A stretch of DNA of 64,000 nt, from IMG/VR virus record IMGVR_UViG_3300031994_000034. One strand, written 5' to 3'. Of the stretch, positions 8,571 through 15,106 are shown in pieces (the stretch's first letter is position 1; every line of letters starts with the position of its first letter). Origin of the DNA: a virus. The notes below the pieces were generated by a model, which ran no database searches, had not been told where the DNA came from, and saw nothing but the letters and a program-made list of their open reading frames with translations. Both the position numbers and the translations under genes were made by a program.

Positions 8571-8752
8571 ACATCTACAAATTCATCGACCATCTGCAGG
8601 AACGCGCAGCGGAACTGGAGCCGGAAGCCGAAATCCTCGTGGAAGGCGAGGATGGCACACTCTATGACTTCGAGATTCAGGACACGCCCGAAGCCTTCGA
8701 CGGCTTCGATACGTTCTACCCAGCCGGGCTGAAGATAGTGCTTTGCAAGTGA
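8567..8752 (+). CDS. hypothetical acidic protein
   Basis: 61-aa ORF coupled to the upstream gene. Confidence 0.55.
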   Translation: MNIYKFIDHLQERAAELEPEAEILVEGEDGTLYDFEIQDTPEAFDGFDTFYPAGLKIVLCK

Positions 8753-8831
8753 AAAATCATATTTTTTCTGTAGATAATTTAAAAAAAGCTGTATCTTTGC
8801 AGCAGCTACAACAACTTAAAATCAACCGAAT

Positions 8832-9095
8832 ATGTATAAAGTGTTTTTTCAGACCCCTGGAGAGTTCTCCCAAGCGGTTATTATGCCAGGATTCAAGCCT
8901 GCAGAGTTTTCCACTATTGAAGAAGCCAAGGCCTATATCGCTAACCAAGTGCGCGAAGAAGATAAAGTACAGGATGGAGATAACTCCACTGCCGCCACTA
9001 TCTGCTATGAAGTTTACGATGGCTCGCCCTACGACGAGGAGGGCGAAGTGACAGAGCCCGTCTATATGAGCGACGAATACTACTTTAAGCCCTAA
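8832..9095 (+). CDS. hypothetical protein
   Basis: 87-aa ORF. Confidence 0.6.
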   Translation: MYKVFFQTPGEFSQAVIMPGFKPAEFSTIEEAKAYIANQVREEDKVQDGDNSTAATICYEVYDGSPYDEEGEVTEPVYMSDEYYFKP

Positions 9096-9116
9096 GCGAA
9101 ATGTTGGGAATGTGTT

Positions 9117-9611
9117 ATGGCATACTTGAACAAGGAACAATACGCTTATCGCCGCGAAAGTGCGGCGCGTAGGAATGCCGACAATGAGGCGGTGGCCGTG
9201 GAGCACGGCATGACGGAGGAACAGGCTGGACTCATCTCCGACCTGTGCCGTCTGCGCCACGAACTGCACACAAATATGGACAGAGTGACGCGAAGCGATA
9301 CCGACTTGCGCATCAAGGCGCAACTGGTGGCGGCTAATGCTGCCATCAAGGAAAGCGGACTGACGCCCGTCCCCTGCATCCCGACGGACGAGGGCGACTA
9401 TATCGACATCGACGACATCGACCTGCTGCAGGAGATTGAGGACTGGCCGGAGTCTGGTACCGATGAATGGCAGGAGAAGTGGAATGAGGAATACTCCCGC
9501 ATCTATGATGAACTGGAGCAACTGAACTCGGACATCGAACACTATCTTGCCGATATCGACCGGCAGTATGGTACGGCATGGTGCCCGAGCGGAGCTTTGA
9601 GAATCTTCTGA
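9117..9611 (+). CDS. hypothetical protein
   Basis: 164-aa ORF. Confidence 0.65.
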   Translation: MAYLNKEQYAYRRESAARRNADNEAVAVEHGMTEEQAGLISDLCRLRHELHTNMDRVTRSDTDLRIKAQLVAANAAIKESGLTPVPCIPTDEGDYIDIDDIDLLQEIEDWPESGTDEWQEKWNEEYSRIYDELEQLNSDIEHYLADIDRQYGTAWCPSGALRIF

Positions 9612-9613
9612 CT

Positions 9614-9790
9614 ATGACGTACAAACTGTGTATGCTCTCCGAACTGGCACCGATGTCGGTGGAGAGAACCATAGAGGCGCAGAACGACCAAGAGGCTATT
9701 GCTGAAGCTGAGACTTTTTCCGATGCAGTGCCGGTCCTTGTCTGCATGGACCTCTATGATGAGAATAACAAATTAGTGAAACATTGGTAA
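9614..9790 (+). CDS. hypothetical protein
   Basis: ATG 3 nt after the preceding stop, within track ORF 9578..9790. Confidence 0.5.
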   Translation: MTYKLCMLSELAPMSVERTIEAQNDQEAIAEAETFSDAVPVLVCMDLYDENNKLVKHW

Positions 9791-9819
9791 AACGCATACG
9801 AATATGACAGAGAACCGGA

Positions 9820-9936
9820 TTGTCGCGCAACCACATCTCTCGCATCGAGACGGGTAAGTACAATGTGGGCTTTGACATCCTTGTGAAGGTGGCCAAGGCA
9901 CTGGATATGGAGCTGGATTTTATCAGAACTGATTAA
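9820..9936 (+). pseudogene. remnant of an XRE-family HTH gene (C-terminal part only)
   Basis: The frame reads '(L)SRNHISRIETGKYNVGFDILVKVAKALDMELDFIRTD', which is the recognition-helix-to-end part of an XRE HTH. The N-terminal helices are replaced by a copy of the micro-ORF 5' sequence, and there is no ATG. Confidence 0.5.
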
Positions 9937-9956
9937 CAATTAAAAGCTACACAACT

Positions 9957-10976
9957 ATGGCAACAAAATCAACAATGCAGTTAGAAGCACTGCGCAATAC
10001 CGAGAACAGAAAGCACGCAACGAAAAGCGTATGCGATATGTTGGTGAAGCTGTCGCAAGACGGCTATGTCCGTACAGGACACTATACAGGCAGCGGTCGC
10101 CACACCAAGGCCGTTGACCAGACACTGGAGGTGGTGATGTCCCTGAAGCGCCTGCAGATAAGTCACGCCGAGGGCAACGACGCGCCGCGTGGCGGCGTGG
10201 CCGGCAACTATGTGGTGCTGACCAGCGAGGCACTGATGAAGCTCATAGGCAAGACCGACACCTATAGGCAGCTGCGCAAGCAGGCCGGCGCGGAGTGGAA
10301 GTACATCGTGCAGAAACCCTACACCGACAAAGAACTGCTGGAGCTGGCCCGGCAGAAAGTGGAGTGGGTGACCGACGAATACAAGGACGACCCCGACGGC
10401 CGCTACTGGCTGAACGTATATCATGGAGCCGAGGTCTATGAGCTGATTATCCGGCACGGACGCATCGTAGGCAGCATCTGCGAAGGCTTCCATCCTACCA
10501 TCCCCCGTGCCGACAACCGCATATCGCCGAGCCGTGAGAGGTGGATTGACGCACTGAAGGAGGCAGTCTGCGAACACATCGGCAGCGACTGGCATTTTGC
10601 CAAGGCCGACGGCTCTGGCACGGCCTTCTTCCTGCGCGAAGCCCCGCAGGATAAGGAACTGCAGAAGTACGTCAAGGAGTACATGGTACCCTCTATGGAC
10701 TGGCGCGACGGCGGCTACCATACGAACTACGAGATAAAGGGCACCGAGCAGAAGCCCCGCTATCTGCTGCAGCCCTCTGAGCAGCAGTCCGGCGGCTGGG
10801 TATGCACCGACACGGAGAACGGCATCGTCTGCCGCTTCCAGGCCCACCGCTTCAACGAGACCTCCAAGATGACCTTCCTGGAGGACGTGCCCCAGCCCGA
10901 TGCCCTGCAGATAGCCCGCCTGATGCGGGAGATGGGCGACTGGCTGGCCGAGCATCACGGAGATATTTTGTTTTAA
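9957..10976 (+). CDS. hypothetical protein
   Basis: 339-aa ORF preceded by the AAAGCTACA-type leader. Confidence 0.75.
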   Translation: MATKSTMQLEALRNTENRKHATKSVCDMLVKLSQDGYVRTGHYTGSGRHTKAVDQTLEVVMSLKRLQISHAEGNDAPRGGVAGNYVVLTSEALMKLIGKTDTYRQLRKQAGAEWKYIVQKPYTDKELLELARQKVEWVTDEYKDDPDGRYWLNVYHGAEVYELIIRHGRIVGSICEGFHPTIPRADNRISPSRERWIDALKEAVCEHIGSDWHFAKADGSGTAFFLREAPQDKELQKYVKEYMVPSMDWRDGGYHTNYEIKGTEQKPRYLLQPSEQQSGGWVCTDTENGIVCRFQAHRFNETSKMTFLEDVPQPDALQIARLMREMGDWLAEHHGDILF

Positions 10977-10998
10977 GAAACTAAAAAACGCATACGAA

Positions 10999-11058
10999 TA
11001 TGACAGAGAACTGGATTATCGCCATCCTCCTTTTGCTTTGCTGGCTGAAGGGAAAGTA
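10999..11058 (+). CDS. 19-codon hydrophobic micro-ORF, copy 3: MTENWIIAILLLLCWLKGK
   Basis: See copy 2. It is followed by a terminator hairpin. Confidence 0.55.
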
Positions 11059-11067
11059 AACAGAAAA

Positions 11068-11090
11068 AGCCCCGTGGGTGGCACGGGGCT
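11068..11090 (+). terminator. stem-loop terminator candidate
   Basis: 9-bp stem agccccgtg / cacggggct with a 5-nt loop. The T tract is weak. Confidence 0.45.
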
Positions 11091-11170
11091 TAATCCACAG
11101 CCCAAGGGCTGACGAATGACAATCCATCGGATTGCGCTGCGAAGGTACGACAATCCGCTGGATGTTGCAA

Positions 11171-11210
11171 GAAAATGTCAAAAAAGGAAAGAAAATGTCG
11201 AAAAAGGAAA
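11171..11210 (+). repeat. 20-bp tandem duplication (gaaaatgtcRaaaaaggaaa x2)
   Basis: Read directly. One mismatch. It ends 4 nt before ATG 11215. Confidence 0.85.
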
Positions 11211-11214
11211 GATT

Positions 11215-11490
11215 ATGAAACTAAGTGTACAAGAAACCGAGAAGCGCTTCGGCCATGAGGTAGTCAAGCAACTAACCGACATGCAGGCTGAGCCTACGGG
11301 ACGTCTCATCTATCCCGCATTTGAACCGCAACACAAAGGCATGAGCGAATACGTTGCCTGCCTGTCTGTTGACGGTGGCAGGCTGGATGCGTATTACTTC
11401 CAGCCTGAAGATGCCGACGAATGGGAGTATGGTGAGATGAACGGCATCGAGTATGGCGGCATTGAATACATAGAGTTTGTAGAAGACTGA
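11215..11490 (+). CDS. hypothetical protein
   Basis: ATG (MKLSVQETEK...) within track ORF 11116..11490. Confidence 0.6.
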   Translation: MKLSVQETEKRFGHEVVKQLTDMQAEPTGRLIYPAFEPQHKGMSEYVACLSVDGGRLDAYYFQPEDADEWEYGEMNGIEYGGIEYIEFVED

Positions 11491-11498
11491 AAACTGAT

Positions 11499-11681
11499 AT
11501 GAAGAAAGCAAATAATCGGACCTGCGCCGTATGCGGCAAGGTCATCACCAGCGGCTATGTCTGGGACGGAACGGACACGTTCTGTTCCGACGAGTGCGCC
11601 GCCAAAGTCTTCGACGGCGACGAGGGTTGCGTCGATATCTTGATAGATGACGGGCGAATAGTGTGGGAGGATAAGTTTTGA
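11499..11681 (+). CDS. small zinc-ribbon-like protein
   Basis: CAVCGK...18 aa...CSDEC pattern. Confidence 0.55.
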   Translation: MKKANNRTCAVCGKVITSGYVWDGTDTFCSDECAAKVFDGDEGCVDILIDDGRIVWEDKF

Positions 11682-11791
11682 GGATTCTTGCGACGGAATC
11701 GCAAGACACACTACCTATATATAACGTGCGTGTGCGCGCGTAAATGAACACTATTGTTGCCATAAGCATCATAGTGATTTTGAGTTTTGGG

Positions 11792-11823
11792 CCGCTGCGT
11801 CGGGATGACGCGGCGGTTTTTTT
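11792..11823 (+). terminator. rho-independent terminator
   Basis: 10-bp GC stem (ccgctgcgtc / gacgcggcgg), 5-nt loop, then a T7 run. Confidence 0.75.
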
Positions 11824-11924
11824 GTAAAATTCGATAATTCCTTCAAACATTATTGCGATAAATCAAATTTAATTTATTATATTTGCATCCGCTCTTGCCT
11901 TTTTACAAAATAAATTATAGTGAT

Positions 11925-12221
11925 ATGAAAAAGTTCTATAAAATGACAGACGAAGAACTTAGATTCTTTGCGTTCCGGCAAGCCATCGGAGCGGCAGAAA
12001 CGACACGCTTCCGTACTGCAGATGGCACGCGCGGCATGAATGAAGATGAAATTAAAGAGTACGCCGGGGCGATTCTTTCTTCAATCACGTTCTTCAACAA
12101 GCGCGACCCGCGCTATGCCGAGGAGATGCGCTATCGTGAGCTGTGCCGCCAGCAGAAGGAGGAGCGTGACGCGGCGGACAAACAGCGGCACGCAGAACGG
12201 GCAGAGGTTTATGTCCTCTGA
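11925..12221 (+). CDS. hypothetical protein
   Basis: ATG (MKKFYKMTDEE...) within track ORF 11883..12221. Confidence 0.6.
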   Translation: MKKFYKMTDEELRFFAFRQAIGAAETTRFRTADGTRGMNEDEIKEYAGAILSSITFFNKRDPRYAEEMRYRELCRQQKEERDAADKQRHAERAEVYVL

Positions 12222-12246
12222 CTTCTCGCTGGTGCTATACAGAGAA

Positions 12247-12283
12247 GAACGGCTGCCTTGCTAATCAAGTAGGGCGGCCGTTC
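12247..12283. terminator. bidirectional terminator hairpin between convergent genes
   Basis: 11-bp stem gaacggctgcc / ggcggccgttc with a 15-nt loop, lying between the stops at 12221 (+) and 12297 (-). Confidence 0.55.
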
Positions 12284-12296
12284 CTGCTTCAGTAAT

Positions 12297-12917
12297 TCAC
12301 TTTTTGTTTGATGGTTTCCCATATTCCCCCATTGCTTCGGCGGCGATAGAGAGTTGGGAATCCTGGAAGTGCTCGATATTGACGTTGATGCGGCGGAGCA
12401 GGGTGTTATGCGCCTGCAGGAGGTCGCTGTATTTCTTTGTGAGGTCATCGGCCTGCTGTCGAGTGGCTCGCATGAGCTGGTTGTGGTCGGTTATCTGCTC
12501 GCGGAGGGCTGCAATCAGATCATCTTTGGTAGAGAGTTCACGCTTCAAGGACATGATGGTTTCGTCCTTGGCGGCAAGAGCGGCGTTGATGAGACTGCTC
12601 ATGTCGGGGGTGTCTGTCTCGCCTGTCGTGGTCGTTTGAGACTGATTGCTGCTAATCGGTGCTAAGTCGGCAACGAGCATTATGTCGCTATCACCGCGAA
12701 GCCATGCCGGATTGAAGACGTTGCCAAAGGCTGAGTTCACCTTTCTTAGCGTTTCTTGTTTTACTCTTTTGATTTTGCCATTTAGCGCACGGGAGATGGT
12801 GGCCTCAAATAGGCCTGACTTTCGCGCAACATCTGCCTGGTTGTGAGCTTCGGTGTTGGCGTAAATCCAATCAAGCATCTGCTTGAAGATTTCATTTTCT
12901 TTTGTTTGCATAGCCAT
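12297..12917 (-). CDS. HTH (XRE/CI-like) transcriptional regulator with a C-terminal coiled coil
   Basis: N-terminal 'QADVARKSGLFEATISRALNGK' HTH followed by 'NPAWLRGDSDIML'. This is the only - strand gene in the early block and is divergent from 13171..13365. Confidence 0.7.
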   Translation of the reverse strand: MAMQTKENEIFKQMLDWIYANTEAHNQADVARKSGLFEATISRALNGKIKRVKQETLRKVNSAFGNVFNPAWLRGDSDIMLVADLAPISSNQSQTTTTGETDTPDMSSLINAALAAKDETIMSLKRELSTKDDLIAALREQITDHNQLMRATRQQADDLTKKYSDLLQAHNTLLRRINVNIEHFQDSQLSIAAEAMGEYGKPSNKK

Positions 12918-13050
12918 AAATATATTAAATAATGTTAATACTTGTTTCGGCTTGCACTACATCTCACTTTTTCTTCTTACCTTTGTAGTCCCGAAATAAA
13001 TAAAGTAAGGTTCGTTTAAGTCGGGAACAGGAAGAGCCTGCAGGCGCGTC

Positions 13051-13073
13051 AAAGAGCGTCTTTCAGCGGAAAG
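13051..13073. promoter_or_regulatory. overlapping small palindromes (AAAGA-gcg-TCTTT / CTTTC-agcg-GAAAG), operator candidates
   Basis: Read directly in the divergent intergenic region. A GCCTGCAGGC palindrome lies at 13036-13045. Confidence 0.3.
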
Positions 13074-13170
13074 CGTAGTGCCACCGATGCTAATTATTGA
13101 ACTATCCATTGCAAAGGTAAGACTTTTCCTGCGTTTTTGAATGTAATTGGAGATAATAAATAAAGAAAAA

Positions 13171-13365
13171 ATGCAAGAGAGAGTATCAAGACGGGAACTG
13201 AGGGACATGCGGGTCGGGCAGACGCGCATCTTCACACTGGCAGACAAGAAGAAGATACAGTCGGCCCGCGTGCAGGCGCAGATGTTGAAGAACGAGGAGG
13301 AGATGGGATTCCAAGTGAAGGCGGACTATACATCGGCCAGCGTGAGCATTACACGGACGAAATAA
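13171..13365 (+). CDS. small basic protein, divergent partner of the repressor-like gene
   Basis: ATG within track ORF 13147..13365 (whose start is TTG). The position is Cro-like but there is no clear HTH. Confidence 0.55.
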   Translation: MQERVSRRELRDMRVGQTRIFTLADKKKIQSARVQAQMLKNEEEMGFQVKADYTSASVSITRTK

Positions 13366-13384
13366 CCTATATACATATTATATT

Positions 13385-14017
13385 ATGAAACTAACACGCT
13401 ATCTGACACGCTATCTGAAGAACTTGCTCCGCGCCCTTGCGGGGCACAATCCGTTTTGGTTGGAGTTGGATGAACAACAACGTCTCCATAGGGAGGCCGA
13501 AGCCAAGGTGCAGGCGCAGGATGCAGAACTGCGGGCTGCAAAGGAATCGCAGAAGGCCGCCGAGGAACAGGTGGGGAGCTACCAGAACCTGACGGAGAAC
13601 CTGCGCAAGCGCATCACGGAAAAGGAAATAGAAAATGATCGGCAGCGGCGCGACTATACGCAGGCGGTAAACATCTTGCGCGAACAGCACCGGCTGCAGC
13701 GAGAGGAGTTGGAGCAGAAGAACCAGGAACTGCGCGACGACCTGCAGGCTACACTGGAGCAGCTGCAGCGCGTAAACAAAGATATCGGGCGCGAAATGAT
13801 GAACACCAACCTGCTGTCGAAGACGAACAGTGCGCTCGTTGACCTCTGTCAGGCCATGGCATCGGAGGACACGGAGAAGATGAAGGCGGTGGTGGAGTAT
13901 TTGGAATGGAGCAACCCGCTCTCGCGCATCGCACAGTATCACTTGAATGTGTTGGTGAGAAAGAAAGAGTTGGAAGAAAGAAGAGAGGTGAAGGCTGAAA
14001 CGGATGAAAATGCTTAG
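13385..14017 (+). CDS. coiled-coil protein
   Basis: 210-aa ORF rich in E/Q/R/L heptad-like sequence. Confidence 0.7.
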   Translation: MKLTRYLTRYLKNLLRALAGHNPFWLELDEQQRLHREAEAKVQAQDAELRAAKESQKAAEEQVGSYQNLTENLRKRITEKEIENDRQRRDYTQAVNILREQHRLQREELEQKNQELRDDLQATLEQLQRVNKDIGREMMNTNLLSKTNSALVDLCQAMASEDTEKMKAVVEYLEWSNPLSRIAQYHLNVLVRKKELEERREVKAETDENA

Positions 14018-14126
14018 GCAGCCGGAACCTGTGGCCCGAGAACGCAAAACTGCGCCACTCCCTGTTTTTACGTTCTTGGAATATACGGATTAGACGGATT
14101 TATAATTAACCATAAAAGCTACAACA

Positions 14127-14459
14127 ATGGATGGAACAGACAATTTTACCCCCCCCACCTCCACCCTCGAAAAGCAGGTGTGCAAGTGCTGCGGGCGGGA
14201 ACTGCCGGTCTCGCAATTCGGGCGCGGCGGCTACGGGTTGCACAAGACGTGCAACGAATGTATGGGCAAGAAGAAGTCCGAGGGACGCAAGAAGCGCGAC
14301 GAGATAGCCGACCTGCGCAGACAGGTGGAAGAGGCGCGGCAACTGCGGCTCCGCGACTTTCAGCCACGCGAACTGATGATACGACTGCGCGAGCTGGGCT
14401 ACGAAGGCGTGCTCACCTATACGCAACGGCATGAGATTGACATAGCGAAGGTTGATTGA
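14127..14459 (+). CDS. zinc-finger-like protein
   Basis: CKCCGR...14 aa...CNEC pattern. Preceded by the AAAGCTACAACA leader. Confidence 0.65.
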   Translation: MDGTDNFTPPTSTLEKQVCKCCGRELPVSQFGRGGYGLHKTCNECMGKKKSEGRKKRDEIADLRRQVEEARQLRLRDFQPRELMIRLRELGYEGVLTYTQRHEIDIAKVD

Positions 14460-14620
14460 ACCACAGATTTCGCGAATTGAACGAATTTTCTGTGTTATCT
14501 GTGAGATATTAAACGAGTTAAAGTCAATAACTTGAAGAATATGAAAAAGATTTGTGTAAGACTTGGAGCGGTGGCATCGGTGCTGCTCGCGCTCGTAATT
14601 GTGATAGGAGGGAAGTAGTT

Positions 14621-14905
14621 ATGGGATTCTTCTTGTTCTATATAGCATCTACGTCCTTGGCACTGTTTGTAACTTACCTGTATGCGTTTCGCGGCTACAG
14701 GCACAGTTTTCTCCATAATGATTGGATAAAGATGCTTGACTCCATGCCGCCTGTGACATGGATTCTCTGTCTGATGATAAGTTTTATGCCAGCGCTAAAT
14801 CTTGCAGGCAGCTTTGTCGGCCTTGTGTGGCCTTTGACTGGAGAGCTTGGAGGTGATGAAATTAAGATTGACCATTGGTTGTATCGGACAAGGGAAAAAT
14901 CATAA
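14621..14905 (+). CDS. small integral membrane protein
   Basis: ATG (MGFFLFYIAS...) within track ORF 14552..14905 with about three hydrophobic segments. A 25-codon hydrophobic ORF (14541..14618) precedes it. Confidence 0.55.
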   Translation: MGFFLFYIASTSLALFVTYLYAFRGYRHSFLHNDWIKMLDSMPPVTWILCLMISFMPALNLAGSFVGLVWPLTGELGGDEIKIDHWLYRTREKS

Positions 14906-15009
14906 ATAAGGCTTTGGTATGAAAAAGGAATAGCGTACACGCTACGCCTGTCGTGGAATGGCAGTAGGCTGTGCGTATTGGAATAAGAAACCTTTGCGCA
15001 CAGCCACTT

Positions 15010-15092
15010 GGGAGCGAAAGCCTGTAAATGGTGCAACAGGCATTAGTAAAACTTGCCGGTGAGCGAGGGTTCGAGTCCCTACACTCCCACCA
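15010..15092 (+). other. tRNA-like element (acceptor stem, T-arm and CCA present; no canonical anticodon arm)
   Basis: T-arm GAGGG-TTCGAGT-CCCTA at 15065-15081. The 3' acceptor strand CACTCCC-A-CCA pairs 6/7 with GGGAGCG at 15010-15016. A D-position hairpin gcctgt/acaggc has a GG-containing loop. The 23 nt in the anticodon position do not form a 5-bp stem. Confidence 0.4.
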
Positions 15093-15106
15093 TTGATAAT
15101 AAAATT

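Noticed and set aside
15010-15092. Calling the tRNA-like element a canonical tRNA gene with a defined anticodon.
   Set aside because: I tried every register for a 5-bp/7-nt anticodon arm in the 23-nt interval. None pairs (at most 3 bp), U8 is absent and the D-stem is 6 bp. It is reported only as tRNA-like.
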